Assembly (NCBI GenBank): GCA_015484945.1
Contig: WFUO01000035.1
Span: 60,096-124,095, forward strand
Source: Gammaproteobacteria bacterium
Lineage (GTDB): Bacteria; Pseudomonadota; Gammaproteobacteria; WFUO01
Reading direction: 5' to 3'
Length of the DNA stretch: 64,000 nucleotides
Under the pieces are notes generated by a model, which was given only the letters and a program-made list of their open reading frames with translations, ran no database searches and was not told the origin of the DNA. Both the position numbers and the translations under genes were made by a program. Shown piece after piece: positions 44,345 through 53,824 of the stretch; the first letter of the stretch is position 1; the number at the start of each line of letters is the position of its first letter.

Positions 44345-45397
44345 TCAGGTACGAATCACGACCGGTGTGGCGCCATGCGATTCACGCACCTCGCCGATGA
44401 CAGCGATGTCACCGAACCCCAACCCGGTCAGTTCCTCCATGATGCCATCCACGGCCTCTGGCGCCACCGATACCAACAAGCCGCCGCTCGTCTGTGGATC
44501 GGTGTAGATCAATTCGAAATCCGGGTCAAGATCACCCTCGAAGGCAATCGAATCACCATAGGCGCCAAGATTGCGGTAGGCGCCACCGGGAACGACCCCT
44601 TCCCGGGCCAGGTCATGGACACCTTCCATGACCGGGATCCTTTTCGTATCGACCTGGATCTCGACATCCGCGCCCTCGGCCATTTCCAGCAGATGACCGG
44701 CGAGGCCAAAGCCCGTGATATCCGTAATCGCATGCACGGCCTTTTGCTGCCCCAGCCACGCACCCGGTTTGTTCAGGCGCGACATGACATCGACCACCCG
44801 CGCACGGCCCGCATCGTCCAGCATCTTGATCTTGATCGCCGTGGTCATGATGCCGATCCCCAACGGCTTGGTCAGCAACAGCACATCGCCCGGCCTTGCG
44901 CCAGCATTGGTCTTGATGTTTTCCGGGTGCACGACACCGACGGCGCAAAGACCGAACAACGGCTCCTCGTTGTCGATACTGTGCCCGCCGGCAAGCGGAA
45001 TACCCGCTTCCTTGCACACATCGACGCCACCGCGCATGATCTCCTGCATTGCGTCCAGTGGCAACTTGTTGACCGGGAAGCCGACAATCGAGGTTGCCAG
45101 GATCGGCTGCCCACCCATCGCATAGACATCACTCAGCGCATTGGCTGAAGCGATACGACCAAACGCATAGGGATCATCGACGATGGGCATGAAGAAGTCG
45201 TTGGTCACGATCACGCATTGCGAGTCATTGATCCGGTACACAGCCGCATCATCACTCGACTCTATCCCGACCAGCAGGTCGTTATCACCTGACAGTTTGG
45301 GCACGTTGGAAAGAATCTCATGCAACGCAGCGGGGTCGATCTTGCAGCCACAGCCACCGCCGTGAGAGTGCTGGGTCAGACATACCTGTTCCATCAT
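44345..45397 (-). CDS. selD: selenide, water dikinase (Cys-type)
   Basis: LTQHSHGGGCGCKI N-terminal motif with Cys (not Sec) at the active position; AIR-synthase-related fold. Confidence 0.92.
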   Translation of the reverse strand: MMEQVCLTQHSHGGGCGCKIDPAALHEILSNVPKLSGDNDLLVGIESSDDAAVYRINDSQCVIVTNDFFMPIVDDPYAFGRIASANALSDVYAMGGQPILATSIVGFPVNKLPLDAMQEIMRGGVDVCKEAGIPLAGGHSIDNEEPLFGLCAVGVVHPENIKTNAGARPGDVLLLTKPLGIGIMTTAIKIKMLDDAGRARVVDVMSRLNKPGAWLGQQKAVHAITDITGFGLAGHLLEMAEGADVEIQVDTKRIPVMEGVHDLAREGVVPGGAYRNLGAYGDSIAFEGDLDPDFELIYTDPQTSGGLLVSVAPEAVDGIMEELTGLGFGDIAVIGEVRESHGATPVVIRT

Positions 45398-45625
45398 GTT
45401 TACCTCCCGGTAAATTCCTTATTCCGCTATCGTCGGATTTGCGGTTTTCTTTACATTATCTGAAAGTCGTTTACATTTCGGATTAAAGTAAATGACCGAC
45501 CGAACGATCTAACTGGCTGAATGATGAAGATTCCGGCCAATGCATGGAAACATCACTGACCAATGAACAGATCGGTGTTTAACCGGGCTTAAGCCATCGG
45601 TTCAATCGAAAACAGGGAAACCATC

Positions 45626-46012
45626 ATGCTCGAATGCAACACAATCAAAGAGGAGCGGGAGCTGGATGCCCGCGTGGCCGAGGCCGTGTTCGGCCATGAA
45701 ATCGAATGGGATGGGTCGAATCCGGTCATCGCGGGAAAGGACAAGCGCGCAGGCAACCCGGTCCCGCATTACTGCACCAATATCGGCGCCTCCTTCATGG
45801 TGGCGCTGGAGTTGCGCCGTCAGGGACATGTGGTCGATATCCATCTCGACAGCAGCGGCATCAGTCTGCGGGTCTGCGACGCACAGGGCAACGAACTGAT
45901 CGAGCACCGCAATATCATCAGCCAGTTCGCCAACCACATGTGTCACGCAGCCCTGGTAGCGGTTGGTGCGGAACGCAGACTTGGTGGAGACCGGCGCAAG
46001 GCCCGCTATTGA
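45626..46012 (+). CDS. hypothetical protein, phage ABA-sandwich-domain-like
   Basis: 128 aa; pattern LDARVAEAVFG...PHYCTNIGASFMVALELRRQG...HMCHAALVA resembles standalone phage ABA sandwich domain proteins (from memory). Confidence 0.4.
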   Translation: MLECNTIKEERELDARVAEAVFGHEIEWDGSNPVIAGKDKRAGNPVPHYCTNIGASFMVALELRRQGHVVDIHLDSSGISLRVCDAQGNELIEHRNIISQFANHMCHAALVAVGAERRLGGDRRKARY

Positions 46013-46626
46013 CCCGGCACCGGCGCCGGGCCACGTAGCCAGGCATGGCGCCACGGACCCGCACCCAGCGCCGTCAGCCGCTCGAGCAGGATATTGCCCG
46101 GAACAGCCTCGTGTGGATAGACCTGCCAGATCTCGACGAACAGGCGGCCGAAGGCCAGCGTCCGCCGCCAGCCCAGCGTCAATGGATCCACCTCGCTGTC
46201 GCAGTTCCGGCAAGGCCACAAGGCAGGATACACCCACGACTGTGCCAGCCATTCGGTCAGGCCATGCAGCGGCTCGCTGCAATGCGGACAGCCCGGCAAT
46301 CGGGTATTGTCCCCCGTCTGGACGATGACATCCGGACATTCCCGCACGACAACATGGGTGACCCGTGAGACATCGATACGCCCGCCGGCATCGGCCGCGA
46401 GTTCGATCGCGGGTGAACAACCCAAAAACACGATGTGATTGAGAAACGCCTCCCCGGCCAGAAAGCGGGCTGGCGAACCGGCATCAAAGCAGGCGCCGAC
46501 CAGCCCGATCTCCTGCAACAGCCCAGTCAGCACTGACGCCGAGAGAGAACCCGCCGGCGTGGCGGGAAACAGGATCAGGCGCGGAATATCATGCATCCGT
46601 GCATGATACGCAAAAGCGTGACAAAA
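46006..46626 (-). CDS. hypothetical Cys-rich protein
   Basis: ~206 aa from internal Met (track ORF to 47025 overlaps the fklB start region); contains CPHC...CRNC zinc-ribbon-like pairs; start uncertain. Confidence 0.35.
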   Translation of the reverse strand, partial: FCHAFAYHARMHDIPRLILFPATPAGSLSASVLTGLLQEIGLVGACFDAGSPARFLAGEAFLNHIVFLGCSPAIELAADAGGRIDVSRVTHVVVRECPDVIVQTGDNTRLPGCPHCSEPLHGLTEWLAQSWVYPALWPCRNCDSEVDPLTLGWRRTLAFGRLFVEIWQVYPHEAVPGNILLERLTALGAGPWRHAWLRGPAPVPGQ

Positions 46627-46725
46627 AACATGCGTCCGACCGGATAGCATGATATTTGGCTTGGAACACCCGCTAAAATATGGGACGATTGGTCTCCACA
46701 CATGTCCAGAAAGGCAAGCAATCCC

Positions 46726-47463
46726 ATGAAACGACTGACGATCATTCTCTCCCTGGCCGGCGCCATCACTCTTGCCGGCTGCAAGGACAAACAGGCCGGC
46801 AAAGACGCACAGGCAGAAAAACCGGGGGCCGCGTTCAAGCTCGACAGTGACAAGCGCAGGCTCAGCTATGCCATCGGCTACAGCCTTGGCAGGCGCATGG
46901 TGGCGGATGGCGTACCGATGGATCCCGATGCCCTCGCGCTTGCCATCAGACACGCTGCCACAAAGCAAAAACCGATCATGTCGCCCAAGGAAATGATGGG
47001 CGCCATTCGCAAGTTCCAGAAGCAACGCATCGAGCGGATGCGAAAGGCCATGCTCGAGCGCAACCGCAACGCCATCGCACGCAAGAAGCTGGGGGAGGAT
47101 TTTCTCGCCGCCAACAGCAAGAAGAAGGGTGTCGTTACGTTGAAAAGCGGGCTGCAGTACCGTGTCATCAAGGCCGGCACCGGTAAATCACCCAAACCGA
47201 CCGATACCGTGGTCGTCCACTACACCGGCCGGCTCGTCGATGGCAAGGTGTTCGACAGTTCGATAAAACGCCAGACCCCCGCGGTATTCCGCGTCAACGG
47301 CGTGATCAAGGGCTGGCAGGAGATTCTGCCACTGATGAAGGAAGGCGCGCGCTGGGAGGTCTTCATTCCCTACCAACTCGCCTATGGCGCGCGTGGCGCC
47401 GGGAGCGCCATTGGTCCGTACGAGGCCCTGGTATTCGAGATCAACCTGATCAAGGTGAAATAA
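46726..47463 (+). CDS. fklB: FKBP-type peptidyl-prolyl isomerase FklB/FkpA-like lipoprotein
   Basis: lipobox LAGC; N-terminal dimerisation helices; C-terminal FKBP domain (VVVHYTGRLVDGKVFDSS...GVIKGWQE). Confidence 0.85.
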   Translation: MKRLTIILSLAGAITLAGCKDKQAGKDAQAEKPGAAFKLDSDKRRLSYAIGYSLGRRMVADGVPMDPDALALAIRHAATKQKPIMSPKEMMGAIRKFQKQRIERMRKAMLERNRNAIARKKLGEDFLAANSKKKGVVTLKSGLQYRVIKAGTGKSPKPTDTVVVHYTGRLVDGKVFDSSIKRQTPAVFRVNGVIKGWQEILPLMKEGARWEVFIPYQLAYGARGAGSAIGPYEALVFEINLIKVK

Positions 47464-47527
47464 TGCCGGGCCGGCAGGGTGCACTTGCCCTGCCGGCAGG
47501 CTTCACGCGCTGGCGTAATAAGACCCG

Positions 47528-49963
47528 GTGAAACTGACCGCCCCGCACCGTTTCAAGATTCTCATCCTGGGTATCGCCCTGGTAATGCTGGCACTGAGCT
47601 ATCGTCCTTCCGGACAATGGCTGGACGACATCATGTACGATTTTGCCATTGGCCTGATGCCAAAGGGGTCAATGGCACACAACAAACTCGTCATCATCGC
47701 CATCACACCGCACGACGAACGTCGTTTCGGCCCCTGGCCCTGGCCACGTCAGCGGGTTGCGCGCATGATCGATGTGCTGGGCAAACATCGGGTGCAGCGT
47801 ATCGGCCTGTTACTGGATCTCGACACACCACAGACACCGGCGATGCTGCCGCGCCTGCGTGAAGAGCTGCGCGCCATCCTGCCCGATGCAGAACTGGTGC
47901 AACGCCTGACCCGGCTGATCGACAGTGATGCCGCGATGACCGATGCCATCAGCGGGCATCCCGAAGTCTATATCGCCATGCGATGGCAATCGGCTTCCAA
48001 TACCCCCCGTATCGACGAGCGCCTGGTGCGGCTCGCGATCGGCAGTGTGCCACCGACGGATGATCTGCTGTCGATTCTGGGACGCCATCCAGTCGAGGAC
48101 AATGCCCGACTGCGCCTCCCCCTGCCCGCCTTCATCCAGGCTGCCCGCGCAACAGGCGTCAGCGAGTGGCCACGGCCGGGTCAGTCTGCGCGCAGCATCC
48201 GCCTGGCCTATAGGATCGACCGTTACCTGCTGCCATCCTTCGCACTGCTGATGGCCAGGGGCAGGCGCCCGGACAACATCCATTTCCTGCGCGAGCTCAG
48301 ACCGCACAACTATCGCATTCGCCCGCAACCCGCCGGCGTTACCGTTCAGCAGCGGCCCTTCTACCGCTACACTGCCAGCGAACTCCTGCAAGGCAAGATC
48401 CGCACAAGCCTGTTGCGAGGCAGTATCGTCATCATCGGCACCGAACTGCCGCAGCGTGACAATTGGTGGCTTGCGCCAGGCGGCACCCATGCCACACCCC
48501 TGTTCGTTGAAGCGATGGCCACGGCCACCGTGCTCAACAACAACCGGATACATTTGCCGGCCTGGTTCCATCCTGCCCAACGCGGGCTGCTGTTACTGCT
48601 TGCCGTGTACCTGATACTGATACCCGCGCGACTGCATGGCCGCACCATGCTCATCATCAATGGCCTGCTCGGTATCGGCATGCTCAATGCGTCGGTCATC
48701 GTTCTGCTGGCACAGAAAACCTGGCTGCCGCTCGCGTTGCCTGCCTTCTATCTGCTGGGCATGCAGGTGCTGATCAGCTGGCGCCACCGTATCCGGCGCG
48801 CCCTCGAAGAGCTCGCACACGAAGCCGGGCATGTACGTTACCAACTGGCCATCAACCTGCAATCCCAGGGACAACTGGACATGGCGTTCGACCAACTGCG
48901 TCAGGCACCGGCCGACGCAGACAGCCTGGCGGCCATGTACCAATTGGGTCTGGATTTCGAACGCCGCAGGCAGTACAGCAAGGCGCTCGAGGCCTACCAT
49001 CACATCTTCAAACACGACAGCCACTGGCGTGATACGGGTGAACGCATACAACGCCTGAAAAAACTCTCCGCCCCGGCCAGCACTGTGGCAGGAACCACTC
49101 ACGCGGCCACGATCGTGGTCGATGACCCGGCCATCGAAACCCCGCGTATCGGCCGTTTCGACATTCAGCACGAGCTCGGACGCGGCGCCATGGGCATGGT
49201 GTATCTTGCCATCGACCCGGAAATCGAGCGCCAGGTCGCAATCAAAACCCTGGCGCTGACGCACGAATTTGAAGGCAAGGCCCTGGAAGATGCGCGTGAA
49301 CGTTTCCGGCGTGAGGCCGCCGCCGCTGGCCGGCTGGAACACCCTAATATCGTCGGCGTGCATGATATCGGCGAGGAACACGATATCGCCTATATCGCCA
49401 TGGACTATGCCCCCGGCAAGAGCCTGGACAACTATACCGATCCCGACCGTCTGCTGCCGGTAGAGGAGGTACTGGAAATAGGCATTCAGGTTGCTGATGC
49501 ACTTGACTACGCACACCGTAACAAGGTCGTGCACCGCGACATCAAGCCTGCCAACCTGATCTACGATCACAGCGATCACCGTATCCGGATCACTGATTTC
49601 GGTGTGGCCTCCATGGTCGATGACTCGCGCACCCGTACCGGCACCGTGCTGGGCAGTCCCTCATACATGTCACCGGAACAGGTCAGGGGACAGAAACTGG
49701 ATGGCCGCACCGACCTCTACTCGCTTGGTGTCACGCTCTACCAGTTACTGACCGGCAGACTGCCCTTCACCGGCGACTCGCTCGCCAACCTGATGCACCG
49801 GATCATCAATGACAGGCACAAGGGCATTGGCACGATCAGAAAGGGGCTACCGGGCTGCGCCAGCCGTATCGTCAACAAGGCCCTGCAGAAAGACCGTGAC
49901 AAACGCTTCCAGACCGGCGCAGAAATGAAGGAAGCGCTGCAACGCTGCCTGAAAAAACTGTAG
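47528..49963 (+). CDS. CHASE2 sensor domain-containing Ser/Thr protein kinase (with TPR-like linker)
   Basis: 811 aa; N-terminal TM, extracytoplasmic CHASE2, three TM helices, then Hanks kinase (GRGAMGMVY, AIKTL, HRDIKPANL, DFGVA, SPSYMSPE). Confidence 0.85.
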   Translation: MKLTAPHRFKILILGIALVMLALSYRPSGQWLDDIMYDFAIGLMPKGSMAHNKLVIIAITPHDERRFGPWPWPRQRVARMIDVLGKHRVQRIGLLLDLDTPQTPAMLPRLREELRAILPDAELVQRLTRLIDSDAAMTDAISGHPEVYIAMRWQSASNTPRIDERLVRLAIGSVPPTDDLLSILGRHPVEDNARLRLPLPAFIQAARATGVSEWPRPGQSARSIRLAYRIDRYLLPSFALLMARGRRPDNIHFLRELRPHNYRIRPQPAGVTVQQRPFYRYTASELLQGKIRTSLLRGSIVIIGTELPQRDNWWLAPGGTHATPLFVEAMATATVLNNNRIHLPAWFHPAQRGLLLLLAVYLILIPARLHGRTMLIINGLLGIGMLNASVIVLLAQKTWLPLALPAFYLLGMQVLISWRHRIRRALEELAHEAGHVRYQLAINLQSQGQLDMAFDQLRQAPADADSLAAMYQLGLDFERRRQYSKALEAYHHIFKHDSHWRDTGERIQRLKKLSAPASTVAGTTHAATIVVDDPAIETPRIGRFDIQHELGRGAMGMVYLAIDPEIERQVAIKTLALTHEFEGKALEDARERFRREAAAAGRLEHPNIVGVHDIGEEHDIAYIAMDYAPGKSLDNYTDPDRLLPVEEVLEIGIQVADALDYAHRNKVVHRDIKPANLIYDHSDHRIRITDFGVASMVDDSRTRTGTVLGSPSYMSPEQVRGQKLDGRTDLYSLGVTLYQLLTGRLPFTGDSLANLMHRIINDRHKGIGTIRKGLPGCASRIVNKALQKDRDKRFQTGAEMKEALQRCLKKL

Positions 49964-50071
49964 AAAGCCCAACAGGCATGGAGCGATGGCCGGAACGTGG
50001 CATATCCCGGTTCATTGCATTCAGACCAATTGAATGCCCGGCATACCGGCTTCACTGCCGCAAAGTCCGTC

Positions 50072-50440
50072 TCAGCCACCCTGTTCCGGATCGTCGGGCA
50101 GGAAGATACGCGTACTGTCGTACGGTTGGGTCTGTTCATCGAAATAGCGCAGGCTCAGACTGCCGATCTGGATCAGATCATCGTGCTTGAGGCGGTGACG
50201 ATCGATCCGGCGGCCATTGATACGCGTACCATTGGTGCTGTCCAGATCCTCGATGACGGCCTCTATCTGTCCTTCCAGGTAGGGGCTGGGTCGAACATGG
50301 ATCACGGCATGTTCGCCGCTCACAGTGCCATCGTCCACGTGCAGGGTATTTCCCGGATTGCGGCCGACAGTGAAATCGCCCACGTTCAGGGGATATTCCC
50401 TGACGACGATATCTTCCTGAATATGAAACAACTTGGGCAT
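50072..50440 (-). CDS. FHA domain-containing protein
   Basis: ~122 aa; FHA signature FTVGR...VSGEHAVI...EDLDSTNGTRINGRRI. Confidence 0.75.
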   Translation of the reverse strand: MPKLFHIQEDIVVREYPLNVGDFTVGRNPGNTLHVDDGTVSGEHAVIHVRPSPYLEGQIEAVIEDLDSTNGTRINGRRIDRHRLKHDDLIQIGSLSLRYFDEQTQPYDSTRIFLPDDPEQGG

Positions 50441-50546
50441 GCCATTGAATCCGTCTGGTTGTATCACTCACGCTCCGGAAGACCCGGCTGCGAAGAATTA
50501 TACAACAACCTGACGGCAATGACCGATTGGAATGACAGCATGCTAG

Positions 50547-53009
50547 CTAGATCGCCTGTCTGGTCACATCCACGATATCACCGACGGCAATCACCTGTTC
50601 GAACATCTGCCGCACCCGCGTGGCATGGTGAGGTGAACGGTTGTGCAACCTTTCAAGCGCGGTATTCACTTCGACGGATTCCGGCGCCACAGATCTGCCG
50701 GCGATCAGCTTGACCACACAGTACTCATGCCGCAGTGCCTCGTCGATGAAACGCTTTCTGTCAGACTCCGAGTCGAAATCGTCGCTGCTTGCCACGAAGA
50801 TATCGAAACGCGCCCTTCCCGGGCACTGCTTGCGGAACATATACAGCAACAGACTGGCGGTATCGTTCCCCCTGCGCAACTGGCTGGTGAGTGACAGCAA
50901 CCGTGATGGCAGACTCATGGCGCTGAAATCATGATAGCCGGGTTCGATCTCGAAAAACGCGGACAGGGCGTTCCCGGATCGTGGAAGGGCAACAAACACA
51001 TCCCGCTCGCCATCGTCTCCACGGGTGACGAAAAACGGTATGGTAGCAGTATTGTCGGCGACATAGGTCTGGTAGATTCGCGCCCTTGCCGCGTCGATGG
51101 TATCCATCATCTCGAGTTTCATCTTTTCGCGGTTTTGATTGATGAGCATACGGAAGAAGGCACTGTAGTCGTCACTCGCCGTGGACCCCAATCGGTACAG
51201 TCCCATCCTTGGCTGCTCGCCGGCATGAATATTCTTTATCTCGTATCTCATGTTCTTGAGCTTTATGCGCGACTGCACCTTCTTTTGCAAGGTTGGGAAT
51301 GAAACCAGCACGCGTTCTCCCGCCTTCAGCGATTCAGGCAGGTGATCGAAGCTGTTGATGTCCAGGCAAAGTCCGCGCGTTGAGATATCCATGGACTCGG
51401 CATGCAGTATCTGGCCATTGTAATCAAGCTCTACCCGTACCCGCACCATGTACCTGTCTTCCACCCGGCTTTCGACATGATTCATGCTGACCGTACAGGC
51501 CTCGATATCGCCACAATTCGGGCTGTCGGCCTTTGCCAGCCCATCACCCTCACGGATCAGACCACCCTCGGCCGCTGCGATATTGTCGAAATCATAACCT
51601 GCGAGGATATCGGTAACATCGGCCATGCTGCCGACCGCAAGCACCGAATCGAGCCGCTGCACGAGTGCGCTGGCGGCTTCGCGTGACTTGTTCTTCAGCC
51701 TGCTGGTCTTGAAATCCAGCTTGGCGGCATCGAGCCTGCCGGGCGGTCTGGCCGAAAGACGGAATATCCGTGTATTTTTCTTGTGAACATGTAATCCCGC
51801 CAGTGCCAGCCATTCGGCATCGCTTTTCATGTCACAATCACACACAGTGGCCGGACGTCCATCGTCTTCATAGATCATCATCAACGGACTGGCGCGCCCT
51901 TCCAATTCCTTGCGCTGCAACAATGTCTCGATGATCGCCGATGAAAACAGGTTGCGCACGCCATGACCACCCCCACTGCCGGAGAAAACCGTCAGCAGAT
52001 CCTGGTTGCCCTGATTGACGGGAATCTCCACATGATTGGGCCTGCCATGCTCATCACCATAAACAATGAATGGTATGACACGGGTTGCCGCACTGTAGTA
52101 GATCTCGGCCAGCAGGGATTCACTGGTCTCGATCTCGTCCTCGTGATCCAGTCTGCGTCTGCCGCGCGAATGTTTAAGCTCGCTTTCCATGAGCTTGCCA
52201 ATGAAGCTCTCGACACGCACGATAGCGGGATCGGTACACATCATGCGCACCCGGTAATCATTCTTGACCCGCTCCATACCCAGGATCCGGTACTGAACAT
52301 TGACCAGGTTGGCGCCCTTCTCCTCGTTGAAATCGGTGAACGTGACCAGCACGGTCATATCGGCAGCCAGGTCCAGTGGATGGCGTGAATAGACCTGCAG
52401 GCCACGCCGGGAGATGTCATAGGTCTTGAGCGGCAGCACCATGTCGTCGGCCATGATCTGCACCCGGGTGGTGTATTGCAGACGCTCGTCACGGCGCTTG
52501 CGGAAAAAACCCAGTGATATGACCTCCGGCCTCTTGCCGCCTTGCAAATAGACGGAAAATGGTTCGCTCTCGTCCTGTTGCTCGCGCATCTCGTCGTCGA
52601 AACGATACAGTTCATCACTCTGTGAGAGCGCCTGGCGTCGGGCCTCCTCGATTGCGCGATTGGTATGACTGGCGTTCATGATGGTCTCGAACAGACCAAC
52701 CGTATAGACACCGCCGTTCTCTTTCAGCCCGCGAGAGAAGATGTCATAGGTGATATCATCCATCCAGAACACCTGGTTACGGAATGAATAACTCTTGCAC
52801 TCGTAGGGCACCTTGCCGCGCATATCGATGGCGATCATGCACTCGCGATTGCGACGCAATTCATCCATGCGTTTGATGAAGTCATAGGAAAACGATCCCA
52901 CACGCACTTTTTCGACCACCAGCTCCTTCTCACTGGCATCGGCCGACTTGCGCATGTAATGCTTCAGCTCCGTCAATACCTCATCGTCATGAATATCGTC
53001 TCCGGTCAT
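50547..53009 (-). CDS. large twin PilZ-domain protein (putative c-di-GMP receptor)
   Basis: 820 aa; two RxxxR...D-I-S-x-R-G PilZ signatures (RRDER...YDISRRGLQV and RVEDR...MDISTRGLCL); rest without recognisable domains; 80 nt upstream of the FHA gene on the same strand. Confidence 0.65.
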   Translation of the reverse strand: MTGDDIHDDEVLTELKHYMRKSADASEKELVVEKVRVGSFSYDFIKRMDELRRNRECMIAIDMRGKVPYECKSYSFRNQVFWMDDITYDIFSRGLKENGGVYTVGLFETIMNASHTNRAIEEARRQALSQSDELYRFDDEMREQQDESEPFSVYLQGGKRPEVISLGFFRKRRDERLQYTTRVQIMADDMVLPLKTYDISRRGLQVYSRHPLDLAADMTVLVTFTDFNEEKGANLVNVQYRILGMERVKNDYRVRMMCTDPAIVRVESFIGKLMESELKHSRGRRRLDHEDEIETSESLLAEIYYSAATRVIPFIVYGDEHGRPNHVEIPVNQGNQDLLTVFSGSGGGHGVRNLFSSAIIETLLQRKELEGRASPLMMIYEDDGRPATVCDCDMKSDAEWLALAGLHVHKKNTRIFRLSARPPGRLDAAKLDFKTSRLKNKSREAASALVQRLDSVLAVGSMADVTDILAGYDFDNIAAAEGGLIREGDGLAKADSPNCGDIEACTVSMNHVESRVEDRYMVRVRVELDYNGQILHAESMDISTRGLCLDINSFDHLPESLKAGERVLVSFPTLQKKVQSRIKLKNMRYEIKNIHAGEQPRMGLYRLGSTASDDYSAFFRMLINQNREKMKLEMMDTIDAARARIYQTYVADNTATIPFFVTRGDDGERDVFVALPRSGNALSAFFEIEPGYHDFSAMSLPSRLLSLTSQLRRGNDTASLLLYMFRKQCPGRARFDIFVASSDDFDSESDRKRFIDEALRHEYCVVKLIAGRSVAPESVEVNTALERLHNRSPHHATRVRQMFEQVIAVGDIVDVTRQAI

Positions 53010-53319
53010 TACACAGCCCGTTCGTTATGGTCTCGATAAAAATGATCGCGCATACCACATGCCCGACAGACTCACTGCATTGGAGAAGTTATGACTGATC
53101 CCGGGTGGCGTCATGAGCGAGAAAATGGCCGGATTCCAGGGCGTATCGCGATCAACCGCCGAAACATCGCCGGGATCCGCTACACAGAAGCCGGACATTT
53201 CAAGCGCTCGGCAACAGCGCGGGCCAATCAGAGCCTCCCCCCAGCTTATCGGCAAAACGGGAAAATGCTTGAAATATTCGTGAAATGGGTGAGGAGTTTA
53301 TTGAAGGAGTCCGTGTGGA

Positions 53320-53712
53320 TCAGGCGGTCTGTTCCCACGCAAACGAACAATCCAGCTGGGCGCGTACCATCATCAGACCACGCAGCCCCTTGCTGACGAT
53401 GACTGCGGTCGGGCTCATGCCGTCGAAACGCTTGTGTGGGCTCAGCATCCATTGTGAGGCCATGCGGTAGTTGCGCGGGAAGGTGGTACGCAGGGCGTCG
53501 GCGATACCGACGATGTGCTCGAGACGCTCCATCACCTCATCGGTCTCGGGCAGTGGTGTGTTGTCACGATACTTGCGTATCGCCCGGGTGCGGGTGCCGG
53601 CAGGCAGTCCCAGCACGCCGATCTGGTCGGAATCGCTGATCCCCCATTCATCGAGCAGGCCGATGACCGCGCGGCTCAGGGCGATACGTGCCTCCAGATC
53701 CGTTTCCTGCAT
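53320..53712 (-). CDS. DUF2384 (Xre/MbcA/ParS-type) antitoxin-like protein
   Basis: 130 aa; C-terminal W-x-x-P-x-x-F-x-G-x-SP...G...V...L pattern of the RES-toxin-binding antitoxin domain. Confidence 0.6.
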   Translation of the reverse strand: MQETDLEARIALSRAVIGLLDEWGISDSDQIGVLGLPAGTRTRAIRKYRDNTPLPETDEVMERLEHIVGIADALRTTFPRNYRMASQWMLSPHKRFDGMSPTAVIVSKGLRGLMMVRAQLDCSFAWEQTA

Positions 53713-53824
53713 GGTTTCTCTCCTGCCCGTGGGGCATCATCATATAGTTCGAGTATACACCATCAGCGTGGCGCTTTGACCGGACAAAGCACAAGGTTAC
53801 CGGGGCTCCCCCAGGCAAGGGTGA

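Noticed and set aside
45626-46012. Prophage island around the phage ABA-sandwich-like gene
   Set aside because: There is no integrase, terminase, capsid or att-like repeats, and no tRNA nearby. A single phage-associated domain is insufficient.
47464-47527. Hairpin CCGGCAGGG-TGCACTTG-CCCTGCCGG after fklB as a terminator
   Set aside because: It has a good 9-bp GC stem but no following T-run, so it may be rho-dependent or not a terminator. Left uncalled.
53025-53255. 76-aa minus-strand ORF downstream of the DUF2384 gene as the RES toxin
   Set aside because: It is too short and lacks the Arg-Glu-Ser triad and GGRWN-like motif. At best it is a degraded remnant, so it is not called as a CDS.
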